A stretch of 64,000 nt of DNA from Eledone cirrhosa (Eukaryota): assembly GCA_964016885.1 (NCBI GenBank), contig OZ024757.1, forward strand, positions 8,122,001-8,186,000, written 5' to 3'. This document shows positions 52,568 to 64,000 of this stretch, in pieces (within the stretch, counting starts at the first letter, position 1; the number at the start of each line of letters is the position of its first letter). The notes under the pieces are model-generated. The model worked only from the letters and a program-made list of their open reading frames with translations, did no database searches and was not told where the DNA came from. Made by a program: the position numbers and the translations under genes.

Positions 52568-52639
52568 CAACTGCAAACCATTTTTCCACTAACAGTTCTG
52601 CTACCTTACACAGAACTTTCTCATTCGGCTTTTGAGACC
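52568..52639 (-). CDS. Death-domain protein, penultimate exon (72 nt, phase 1-1)
   Basis: ttttttcag|GG TCT CAA...GCA GTT G|gtgagt; SQKPNEKVLCKVAELLVEKWFAVG splices in frame to 50148. Confidence 0.75.
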
Positions 52640-53569
52640 CTGAAAAAATATTTCCTAGTTTTTTTCATTTTACTGTAAAGATTTTCTATTCCTGTTTATA
52701 ATCTATATTTTATATTTTCAGACATTCCTATCATCAGAAGTCAACTAGTGATCACAATGGCTTTAGTCAATATTTTCTCTTCTTGTTATATCAGGTCATA
52801 TCTGAGTATTTAGGCCCACAACAAAATATGTTAAACTTTATAAATATTTTCTATCTATAAAAACATCTTATATTACATTATTGTAATTATCTCATTCCAC
52901 TATCAGCTGATTATACATTTGTTTTTCTCTTAGCTTTGTCTTTCACTTATGCCAAATCTACAATATAGCAACATTGTCCGCTTATCTCTGTATTTTACTA
53001 ATAAATATTCTGTTTATTTTCTTCTTAATTCTAATATCAGCCAAGCTGGTTATCAAAGACCTAACAACAAATTCATGATAGCCGACATGAAATAGGAGTA
53101 GATACACCTGCTTTCCTTGAGAAAGGTCGATGTTGGCAATCTTTAGTTTAAACTGACCACATCTGTGTTCACCAGAATGTCATCTGATTCATGTAATATT
53201 TACAAATATTTACATGTCACGTGTCCTCCATAATGATACAGGATCTTATCGGTGAGCACTGATTATTCTATACAGGTGAGAAGGAAAGTGATAACAGGTG
53301 TCCTAAAACACTGTACACTTACACAAATCCTCATTAGCTACCTTTAACAAGTCATCTTTACATTAATGCTGTGAAAATATCTGAAAGGGATACATGAAAT
53401 GACCCCAACATTATAAATTATCTCCTACAGACCCCTTATATAAATAAATAAATAAATCATAGTTTCTCAAATCTTTGCTGACCCCCTCCATCAATACAGT
53501 GGACATCAGTAGCGGGAGAAGCCAACTACCTGAAAATTTGAGGAAGTAGAAGTTACACCTGTCTTTTAG

Positions 53570-54090
53570 ACATCTGTCAGTTCTAACAATGAGTGTTCCA
53601 ATTGTTTGAATAACAGAACAGTTTACTCATGTAATTAAGGTGCAAATGGCTGAGTATTCCATAGACATGTACACTCGTAGCGTAATTCTCAGGGAGATTC
53701 AGTATGGCACAGTGTGTGACAAGCTGATCCTTTTAATTACAGGTACAGTCCATCTTGTATTATAGTGAGAGTGGCTGAGTATTCCACAGACATATGTTCT
53801 CTTAACATGATTCTAAGGGAGATTCAGTGATATGTTGTATGTGATATAGCTGGACCATTGAATTACAGTAACAATAACGGTCACCATTATTATAATTCTC
53901 AGGGAGATTCAGCATAACAAAGTATGAAACAAAGCTGGCCTTTTGAATTACAAATACAACTCATTTTCCCATCTAAGTAGACTGAAGTAACATGAAATAA
54001 AGTGTCTTGTTCAAAGGTACAATATGTTCCTGGGAATTGAACTCAGAACCTTATGATCATGAGACAAACACACTAACCACTAAGTCATGA
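53570..54090 (-). mobile_element. SINE-like repeat with triplicated aattctcagggagattcag subunit and tRNA head
   Basis: Reverse-complement tRNA/CORE head at 53990-54088; internal repeats near 53683, 53809 and 53894. Confidence 0.55.
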
Positions 54091-55289
54091 ATGGAAATAT
54101 ACAGACAGACTATCAAAGAATTACTTACTAAATTCATCCACCGTACATACAGTCATTCCACACTGTGGACAATGTTCAATTGTGGAACAACATTTTCCAC
54201 AATCAACTTTATGTTGACATGGGTTGGATGTATTGGTGGCTTTATTAACCTTACATGGGGGACATACAGCTCTGTAAAAGAAAATAAAGATACAACCCAC
54301 CAACAACATTAATTTACACCAAATATTACATTGTATACAAGTTTACAGAGATTATGTGTGAAGGGTATAACAACCTCTCTAGTATTGGTGACATGATAAA
54401 ATACAACCAGTACACTCTGTAATGTGGTTGCTAATAGGAAGGGCTTCCTGTCATACAAAACTTTCCAAACAAAGGATAGAGAGGATTCTGTAGTGGTTTC
54501 AAAGACATGACAACATCCCTAGTGCTGGTGCCATGATTAAATCAGCAGTGCCTTTCATGATGATGATGATGCTGATTTATAATAAAAGGTGGGATTTGAA
54601 CTCAGAACGTTCAGGGACATAACTCTATGCTGCAAAGCATGGTGTGTGACACTCTACTGATACTGCCAATCCATAATCAATAATAATAATGAAAATCATG
54701 CTCAGGTGCACTACAACTCATCAAAGGTGCATGTATTGTACATAGAGTAATGTAGAAATATCAGGAAAGTGAACAGTGATTGAGTCATGATATACACACA
54801 CATGCGTGCATGTATGGAGGTGAGGATATCAGGTGTAGTGTTGGAGAATTTCAGGAAGGATGGAGGTGTTAAAGGATGCAGTGTCCTGACAGCTAACAAC
54901 TGATGCAGGTAGTTGGTTCCATGCTTCAGTAACTCTGAGCATGAAAAGATGTTTCTGAAAGTCATGGGGTCTGTACTGTTTTCCTGCTATTTCTTGGCTT
55001 AAAGTAGAAATCAGTTGTCAAACTTCCACAACTTCTGTATTGAGGGTCTATTTTTGTTGTTGTTGTTGTTGATGTTCTTCAACAGGAATGGTAGGGGAAG
55101 ACATGGTAGTTGGTTTGTGTTGTTCAACAGCAATGGTATAGGAAGACACACAGACCAGGGACTGAAAGGACCAATTTGGTAGCAGCACCTTTACCCAGAG
55201 TCCATCCATCATAGAAATATGGTGTCTCATTTTTTTTGACCTGGGATCTTTGGAAAGTTTATGGCACATTGAAGACAGAGAGAAACATG

Positions 55290-55480
55290 ACATTTACCAC
55301 ATTGAATCTATCTATTTTGGAAATAGTTCTTGGGTTCGGTACATAGATGACAGACGTGATTTTCCTGGCAATCTTCTATTTTGGGACAGTGAACAATTTT
55401 ATTACACACACCTCATCTATGGATGTCACCATAGCAATTATGTTCTGTCTGTCCATCCATACAATACAACAATAGATAAA
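55290..55480 (+). mobile_element. Possible Penelope-like RT remnant
   Basis: SWVRYIDD followed by ...YVLSVHP; very short and decayed. Confidence 0.35.
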
Positions 55481-55704
55481 CAAATAGATATGTCTAAGTA
55501 TAACACACTTGTTAAGGAGATCAATAAAATATATTTTCTTTCTGTTTTCCTATTCTATGGGTGTGTATATAAAAAGATCTACACATGTATATATAATTAA
55601 GAGATGTATATAGGCTAGAAATGAAGTCTATGTCCAGTGTTTATAATGTAGGTACGATAGTTACTATAGTTTCTCACACACGAAACAGGATTTCCTTGCA
55701 CGTT

Positions 55705-55733
55705 CTATGTGTATGTATATATATGTGTGTGTG

Positions 55734-55793
<60 letters not shown>

Positions 55794-55963
55794 TATGTGT
55801 GTATGTATATATATGTGTGTGTGTATGTATATATGTATGTATGTATATATATAGATATGTGTGTATGTGTATATCTATCTATCTGTGTATGTGTGTATGT
55901 ATATAGATGTGTGTATGTATATATAAATATATCTGTGTGTGTGTATATATGTGTGTGTGTAGC

Positions 55964-55998
<35 letters not shown>

Positions 55999-56120
55999 AT
56001 CTACATATATATATATGTGTGTATGTGTGTGTGTATCTACATATATATATGTGTATGTGTGTGTGTATCTACATATATATATATGTGTGTGTGTGTGTGT
56101 GTATTTCTACATATATATAA
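55705..56120. repeat. Compound (TA)n/(GA)n/(TG)n microsatellite
   Basis: Read directly. Confidence 0.95.
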
Positions 56121-56124
56121 TTGA

Positions 56125-59100
56125 ATTAAGACTAGTTCTAAATAGAACTAGTCTTAATTGAATTATATATATGTAGAAATACACACACACACTACTGTGA
56201 CAATAATATCCGCTTATGCACCCCAATCTGGTCTACTGATGTGATAAAAGACAGGTTCTATGAGTCGCCAATGCACACTACCTCCCAAATAACAGACAGT
56301 GACTGCATAATTATTGCTGGTGACCTAAATGGTCACATTGGACAACATAGTGATGGCTATGATGGAATCAATGGAGGCTATGGGTTTGGTACTAGAAATG
56401 AGGAAGGCTTCAGAATCATGGAATTTTGTGATGCTAATAACCTAACTATCTGTAACACAAACTTCAAAAACGAGCAAACCACTTCATCACCTGTACATCA
56501 GGGGAACACGCCAGCCAGATAGATTATATCCTTACTAGAAGACAGGACAAAGTGTCTGTTGTAAACACAAAATCCCTCCCCCGTGAAGAATGCACCTCCC
56601 AACATAGCCTAGTACTTAGTGACCTCATAGTCAGGAATAGACGTACTCGACGACAGAGGAGGACTACCCTAAGGAGAAAAATATGAAAGTTAAAGGACCC
56701 CACAGCTAGTGATAAATTTAAAAGTTTATTACTTGATGCCTTTGACAATAAGGAAGAGCAATTAGAGACGTGCGATATAGAGGAACAGTGGGAATTCCTG
56801 AAAGTGAACCTGCTGAAAGCAACGGATGAAATCTGTCGCTGGAGCAGACCTATTGGCAGGAGAAGAGTAACTTGGTGGTGGAACAGTAAGTGGAAGAGAC
56901 AATCAAGGCCAAAAAGCAGGCTTGGAAAGTATGGCAAGATGGGGGAAGTAGAGAGCACTATCAAGTGGCCAGGAGAGAAGCTAGGAGACAAGTGTACCTT
57001 GCAAAAAGGGTAGCAGAGGATAGAAAGTTCAAGCATGTTCTACAACGTGAGGACCAAGAACGTGATGTGTTCAGGATTGCTCGACAATGTGTCAATGAAA
57101 ACTGAGATATTGTCGGAGATAAGTGTGTCTGTAATGATAATGGTGTACTTGCGCTCACTGATACTGATAAGAAGATAGCCAGGAAGTGTCACCTACGAGA
57201 GACTATTAAATGAGGAGAATAAATGGGAAAAAGAAAGTCTGCCCCAAATCGATCCAATAGAAGGACCAGCGGTGCAAGTTAAAGGTAGTATAATAAGTAA
57301 GGCAATCAAAGATATGAAGACAGGCAAGGCAGCTGGGTTTTCGGAGATAGTTGCTGAGATGTTGAAGGCATCTGGTATGGTGCGACACACTATGATCACC
57401 CGTATAGTTAACTAAGTAATACAGAATGGGGTAATACCAAAAGACTGGCGTAGCAGCATCATTATAAACTGCTACAAGATAGGGGAAACTATAGAGGCAT
57501 TAAGTTAGTTGACCAGGTCATGAAGGTCACAGAAAGAGTTATAGCGTAACTAATCAGAGAGCGAATTGATCTAGATGAAATGCAGTTTGGGTTTGTGCCA
57601 GGTAAAAGTACCACAGACGCTCTTTTCTTTGTATGACAACTACAAGAGAAGTACCTAGCTAAAAGTAAACCCCTCTACTTAGCTTTTGTAGATCTGGAGA
57701 AAGCTTTTGACAGAGTCCCCCGCTCAATTATCTGGTGGGCTCTCAGAAAACTAGGTGTAGATGAATGGCTTGTGAGACCTATACAACCTATGTATAATGA
57801 AACAGTCAGTAAGGTTAGAATTAACAATGAATATTGTTAAGAATTTAATGTAAAAGTTGGCATTCATCAAGGCTCTGTCCTTAGCCCCCTCTTATTTATT
57901 ATTGCCCTTCAGGCTATAACAGAGGAGTTTAAGTCCGGCTGCCCATGGGAACTCCTATACGCTGATGATCTAACACTCATAGCTAAATTAATGGCTGAAC
58001 TAGAGAAGAAATTCCAAACATGGAAGCATGGCCTAGAATCAAAAGGCCTTAAAGTTAACTTGTCTAAGACGAAAGTTCTAGTTTGTAGAAAGGAAAATAG
58101 GGCACAGGTGCCCTCAGGGAAATGGCCATGCTCAGTGTGTAGGAAAGGAGTAGGTAGAAATTCCATTTTATGTCCCAAATGCAAAGTATGGGTACATAAA
58201 AGATGTAGTGGGCATCACAGGTAAACTATCTAAGAACGTAGACTTTATATGTGGCTGATGCTCAGGTGCAATAAGTAGCAAGTGTCCAAAGGATACTAGC
58301 TCCTTCTATTGCCCAGATGGTTCTGTAGAAATACTAGACACTTTCCGTTACCTGGGTGACGAAATCAGCAGTGGTGGAGGGTGTTCTGAAAGTACAGTAG
58401 CCAGTCAGAACGAGATGGAAAAAGTTCAGAGAGCTTATACCGCTGTTGGCCACAAAAGGTTGCTCTCTAAAAATGAAAGGCATATTGTATGTACTTGTAT
58501 ATGAACAGCAATGCTACATGGCAGTGAGACATGGGCATTACGTGCAGAGGACCTGCGTAGACTGGAAAGGAATGAAGCATGCATGCTCCGTTGGATGTGT
58601 AATAGTAATATACGTGAACAGCAAAGCATAAATGAACTAAGTGAGAAATTAGGAATAAGAGGGATCAGCTTCTGTTTACTCGAGAGAAGACTACGTTGGT
58701 ATGGCCACGCGATGCGCGTGAAAGACGACAGCTGCATAAAAAACAGTAGGGCGATCAAAATTGATGGTAGTTACGGAGTAGGTAGACGCAGAAAAACCTG
58801 GGATGAAATACAGAAGACCCGCCTTGCCTATGTACAAAGTGAAACCTACAGTCAGTAGGCACCTCTTGACCAAATATACACCCCAGTCCACTACCTATCC
58901 TCCCACTCCCACCAACAGCACGAGAAAATGAGCTCGATATCGTGTAGGTGTCACGACAAAAAAACACACAGTCCACACTGTAATGTGGCCGTGTAGGTAA
59001 CACGGTAAAAAGTTCCCAGTTCCACGCAGTAAATGTGGTTGGTGTTAGGAAGGGCATCCAGCCGTAGAAAACCTTCCAGATAGTCCTATATGAGGAGACG

Positions 59101-59197
59101 GTTACCCGACCAGCCTTGCCTCAAATGGGACAACTCCCGTCTAACCCATGCTAGCGTGGAAAATGGACGTTAAACGATGATGATGATGATGATGATG
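56125..59197 (+). mobile_element. 5'-truncated, decayed RTE LINE
   Basis: Collinear with the 992-aa ORF, many stops and frameshifts; 3'UTR and (GAT)n tail. Confidence 0.93.
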
Positions 59198-59668
59198 AAT
59201 GGAATGTTTGATTTTTCCTTTTAGATAAATGTCATTCTATATATAAATTTCAGCGACTTCTGTCTCACACACATACACACACATGTGTGTGTAAAAGGAA
59301 AGAAGGATGGTGAAAAACTATAGCAAAACGGTCACTGGTGTTCCATTTGATATGCTGTGTGTGAGTGTTTGTGTATGTTTGTGTGAATGTATGCCTGTGA
59401 GTGTATTCTTGTGTTTATATTTATATACTCATACATATAAATGTATGCATATGCACGTACACACACACACACATATACACATACACGTCAGCATGTTGAA
59501 AAAAATCCTAGTACTTTAAAATAACACAGCTTTTTATTATCGAACCAGGGGTGGTTTCAGGCAGTTTGGTATCAAAGAGGTCCAGAGATATCTTCCTTCA
59601 ATTCTCCCACTAACCTTTACTTGTTGAATTTATTCATTTATTATTAATTAATTTAATTTTCTTAACAG

Positions 59669-61292
59669 ATTAATGAACTAATTAGCCCCGAACAGCATTA
59701 CAAAAATAAATGATAAGAAATCTGCCTTTTATATGATGGAGAATATCGCAAACTTTCTAAAAGCCACTGAAGACTATGGTGTGATGAAGAATGCCCTCTT
59801 CCAGACTGTTGACCTTTATGACAAAGTAAATATGTTACAGGTTGTTAATACCCTACATGCTTTAGGGAGAAATGTAAATATGTTTAATTAATATTTTATT
59901 ATTTTCCGTTATTTCTAACCCTTCCCCTTCATCGTCCCATTTTTTTTTAAAATTTGGTTTTTTAACTTTTTTTGTTAATCATATTTTCAATGAAGTACTG
60001 TGCCTTTGATTTCAAATAATTTTGAAAAAAAAAAAAAAAACAAGAATTTGGAGAGATCTAAACCTTTAGTTTCCATGTTTCTAATGAGACTGCTAACACA
60101 GGAGGCTCTATGTGGTCACTCTACATGCTAAAAATTAAAGACAAATTTCCCTCAAATCAGGTGATAGACTTAATCTGTTACCTGGTTTAACCCTTCAGTT
60201 AGTATATTTCTAATGAAAGACATTGCCCATGGTTTTCAAGTTATTTTGAAAATAATCAAGAATTTGACTACAGGACCACAAGGGATTATAAAAAGCTGCA
60301 GTTGGTGGAGGACGATTGTGACTGTCTCTTACTGTAGTTGAGCAATAATGATGATCGCTCTCACTCCGATCGATCAAGATCCCAGACCTCATTCGCTTGC
60401 CAAGTGCGGTGGACCTCATCAAATGGGACCAAGGAAACAATGTTTCCATTGGTTTTTACATTTTTCCATTGTTGATACTGGTTGCAACTCCTGGCAGAAG
60501 GAGCAACGTGAAATAATGTCTTGTTCAAGGACACAACAGATCACCCGGTCTGAGAATTGAACTCACAACCTCATGATTGCAAATCCAACCACTAAGCCAT
60601 GTGCCTTCACATCATGATGATACAGAGTTAATTTTAATTCAATGTTTTCAATAAATAATGTTTATTTTAGATAAATTTTGTGACACATTACTGATTACTA
60701 TTTATGAATTCACCTTTTTTTATATCAAACTGCTCAAAACATGTTCTGGTTCTGTTAAACTATTTTAGAAAATTTATATTTATCTATAAACCAAATGCTA
60801 GCGTGGAAGATGGATGTTAAACGACGATGATGATCATGAAACCTTTCATCATAATTCTATGAAAGAACTTTTTAACTTATGTTATGAACATCAATTTAAT
60901 AATGAGGAAGTTAGTTATTTTCAAGTCGCTCCAAATTCTTGATTATTTCTAAAAATTATTTGAAAATCAATCGTAGTCAGTGAACTTCATTAGAAATATT
61001 GTAAGAAAAGGGTTAAGCTTAAAAAAATCTCAATATGATGAACTTAAAAAAATGTCATGTATCTTCTTTATATCTTACATTTGAAATGCTAATATTTTTC
61101 TACTACTAGGCACGTATGAAGGGGTAACCTGGGCCATGCTTAGGACCTAAAGAAGCAGAAAAAAATGCACAATTTTTCACTGAAGAACAGTTACTGGCTG
61201 GCAGCAACATCATTAGTCTCCAAATGGGCTCTAACAAAGGTGCATCTCAAGCAGGGATGAATTTTGGCAAATCTCGAAGCATTGTTGATTGA
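59669..61292 (+). pseudogene. Transgelin/MP20/myophilin-like (calponin family) pseudogene, exons 59669-59873 and 61110-61292
   Basis: CH domain LMN*LAPNSITKIN..AFYMMENIANFLKATEDYGV..LFQTVDLYD..QVVNTLHALGR; calponin repeat IISLQMGSNKGASQAGMNFGKSRSIVD*; GT-AG intron; in-frame TAA at 59679 and 61125. Confidence 0.88.
60191..61012. mobile_element. piggyBac-like MITE with about 85-bp imperfect inverted ends, holding a nested SINE (about 60345-60610, minus) and an RTE tail
   Basis: TTAA|CCCTT...atatttctaatgaa...aataatcaagaatttg, mirrored at 60931-61012 ending AAGGG|TTAA. Confidence 0.7.
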
Positions 61293-61345
61293 TGCATTTA
61301 CAACTTGCCTTTTTCAAATGTGACTCAAATGTTTTTGTTTTTCCC

Positions 61346-61376
<31 letters not shown>

Positions 61377-61504
61377 AAAGTTTTATTTAAAATTGTTGGG
61401 TTACAACAAGTAAATATTTTATAACTGATATAAAGCACTCGACAAGTTTTTGGAGTAGATATACGATATTAAACAAATGGAAACTATATTTATAAAACCA
61501 TATT

Positions 61505-61570
61505 TATTTCATTATACATATTTCAGGGATACCATATTAAAAATATGGCATGCCTTCGTCAGATAAAATA
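61505..61570 (-). ncRNA. Type I hammerhead ribozyme motif
   Basis: UAUUUUAU CUGACGA AGG-C-AUGCCAUAUU UUU AAUAUGGUAU-C-CCU GAAA UAUGUAUA AUGAAAUA. Confidence 0.8.
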
Positions 61571-62089
61571 CAATATATAAACAGTTTTATAAATAATTTT
61601 GACGTACCATATTATAAGCGACCATTATATTAGGAAGCTGTCTGGATAATGAATTGTTTATAATTATTTAGTTATAGTGTTAAGTACAGTTAGAAGAAAG
61701 ACGGAGAGAAAGAAACGGAGAGAAAGAAAAGGAGAGAGAGTAAAAATATATAAATAGATAGGAGAAAGAAATAAGAGTGGCAAACGAAATCAACAGATAA
61801 ATAATAATTCCCCATACATATAGAGAAACTCAAGAGAGAGGGAGTCCTATATATAGAGAGAAGGATAATAATTATTTAAAAGATAAAAATTATTTAAAAG
61901 ATTTAGAAGACCCAGTGATTCTACGGATGCCCTTATATTTAGTATAGAAATTTATCTTGCGTAAAATTTAGAGTAGTTTATTACATCTTTGTTTATATTT
62001 AGGAAGAAGGTTTAAAAAGAAAAAGGTGAAGGAATCAAATGATTTATCGTCAGGTTTCATATATTAACTAAATTTCTTAATTAATTATA

Positions 62090-62345
62090 CTACATTTTAA
62101 ATTTATATTTATATTTAAACGTTGAGTTCAATCTATGTCTGCAGCAACTGAATAAATTGCTCCTTAAATTAAGGAAATTTTTGGACTTTAATATAAAGAA
62201 TACCTCCTCCACACAGAGATCACATGTCTCTGATGAGGAATTAAAAGGAATCCCTTTTGAGACAATATTCCAAAACATCGAATACTTAACATTATCTCGT
62301 TTAAGTTGCCAGAGTAGGCTTGATAGCGAAGTTGAGGATTTTTTG
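62090..62345 (-). pseudogene. C-terminal part of a Penelope-like GIY-YIG endonuclease
   Basis: STSLSSLLWQLK..KYSMFWNIV....FN...TCDLCVEE.FFI.....LNLRSNLFSCCRH matches the C-terminus I recognise from EN+ PLE proteins. Confidence 0.75.
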
Positions 62346-63882
62346 TAATAAACTACTCTAAAATGTATATGCTCCCAATGTATTAAATACATTTTACGCA
62401 AGATAAATTTCTATACTAAATATAAGGGCATCCGTAGAATCACTGGGTCTTCTAAATCTTTTTAATAATTTTTGTTAAATAATTTTTGTTTTTTATTTGT
62501 TTTTTACTCTAATAGCTTCTAACTAACTTTGCAATATATTGTTTGAAATATAGGAAGGATAGATTTCTGTAGTAAATATATGAAGCATATTGTTTTTGGC
62601 CTGAGATACTCTATAGTGTGTTGAAAGTATTTTAATGTTTTGATGTTTCTGTGCTGATATATTGATATTTGATTATCTCTATACAAAGGCCATATGTGTA
62701 TTAACATGCATATAGAAAGTTTATAGAGTTTATTTTATGTGTTCATGTGTCTGTATATGTGCGTAAAGATGCTGGAAAACTCACGCAGATATTTTATATA
62801 TACATATATATATATATTTAGGTATGGTTCTGTATATGTTACAGATATGCATAATATTAAATACATGAACGGTAATCATATATGTGAGGACATGAATATT
62901 AATCGTATATTTTATGTATATATACAGTGAAATTTTTATAACACAAGACATTTTTTTATGACACAAGAAATTATAGAGTTGATCAAGTGAAGTCATATGT
63001 ATGTCTATATTATTGACTAGAGTTAGACATAATTTTCTCTTTTTTCTTTTTTCAGGAAGTACATATACGTGTATATATATATACATATATATTTCCGTAT
63101 TTTTATAAATAGGGTAATTTTTTGAAGGTTTTATCTCAGTTTTTGGTATATTAACCTCAGAGTTTTAAACTAAACATATGGTCATTATTGAACAATGTTA
63201 TTTTCTCATATTATATATATCTATGTCTCATTCATGAATATTGATATTTGCATTTTTATTATCCTTTTCATATGAATTGATAATTCAAATTGATATGACA
63301 TGACGTAAAGATGTAACTGTATCCTTCTCTCTATATATAGCACTTTCTCTTCTCTCTTGAGTTTATCTTTATGTATGATGAATTATTATGTATCTGTCGT
63401 TTTCGTTTGCCTCTCTTATTTCTCTCTTGTTTCTTTTTCACTTCCTCTTATCTATTTATATTCTCTCTCTCTCTGTTTTTTTCTCCTCCCCCCTCTCTCT
63501 CTCCGTTTTTTCTTTTTTCTTTATCTACGTTTTTTCTTTCTCTCCGTCTTTTTTCTATCTGTGCTTAACACTATAACTAAATAATTATTATCCTTCTCTC
63601 TATATATAGGACTCCCTCTCTCTTGAGTTTCTCGATATGTATGGGGAATTATTTATCTGTTGCTTTCGTTTGCCTCTCTTATTTCTTTCTCCTATCTATT
63701 TATATATTTTTTCTCTCTCTCCTTTTCTTTCTCTCCGTTTCTTTCTCTCCGTCTTTCTTCTAACTGTGCTTAACACTATAACTAAATAATTATAAACAAT
63801 TCATTATCCAGACAGCTTCCTAATATAATGGTCGCTTATAATATGGTACGTCAAAATTATTTATAAAACTGTTTATATATTG

Positions 63883-63948
63883 TATTTTATCTGACGAAGA
63901 CATGCCATATTTTTAATATGGTATCCCTGAAATATGTATAATGAAATA
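63883..63948 (+). ncRNA. Type I hammerhead ribozyme motif
   Basis: CUGACGA 63891-63897, GAAA 63929-63932; same stems as the 61505-61570 copy with one G>A change in stem II. Confidence 0.75.
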
Positions 63949-64000
63949 AATATGGTTTTATAAATATAGTTTCCATTTGTTTAATATCGTATATATATAT

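Larger units (their letters stand above)
61459..63994. mobile_element. Penelope-like element derivative with inverted pseudo-LTRs
   Basis: Inverted arms 61459-61878 and 63578-63994; inner inverted repeat 61885-61985/62344-62473; partial tandem arm 63320-63590; GIY-YIG C-terminal remnant; hammerhead in each arm. Confidence 0.8.

Noticed and set aside
53323-53380. Candidate upstream exon of the death-domain gene (good ag/gt sites on the minus strand)
   Set aside because: Stops in all three frames and no in-frame ATG; at most non-coding.
55707-56161. YI/CV-rich ORFs
   Set aside because: Translations of dinucleotide microsatellites; the same applies at 9711-9987, 21836-22087 and 63357-63584.
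59679-61127. Rescue of the two TAA stops in the transgelin-like gene by A-to-I editing
   Set aside because: Each would need double editing to Trp; single nonsense substitutions are the simpler explanation.
62030-62245. Additional hammerhead cores (CTGACGA on minus near 62050, CTGATGA at 62230)
   Set aside because: No downstream stem II plus GAAA and no closing stem I.

Overview
Eukaryotic, AT-rich, repeat-dense animal DNA. The repeat and gene repertoire points to a coleoid cephalopod, most likely Octopus (inference): tandem C2H2 zinc-finger genes of the YHCDICGKSF type, many RTE-clade LINEs with (GAT)n tails, tRNA-derived CORE and Nin SINEs, and (TA)n microsatellites. Genes: part of a C2H2-ZNF cluster (an 11-finger ORF at 13347-14279, the 5' part of a paralog running off the left edge, and a pseudogene at 29533-32833 split by a young non-autonomous LTR element), two spliced exons of a death-domain protein missed by the ORF track, and a transgelin/MP20-like pseudogene. 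Mobile elements: about 15 RTE pieces including an uninterrupted 992-aa ORF with a PHD-type finger inside the RT, a GC-rich CRE-like RLE retrotransposon, a DD37D/maT deletion derivative, piggyBac-like MITEs, a Helitron-like element and Penelope-like remnants. Most notable signals: two fold-back elements that each carry a pair of outward-facing type I hammerhead ribozymes with co-varying stems, a ~960-bp intronic inverted duplication that covers a ZNF splice acceptor, and a 32-nt tRNA-Trp primer-binding site that runs past A58. All calls are by eye; no searches were run, and repeat boundaries are approximate.
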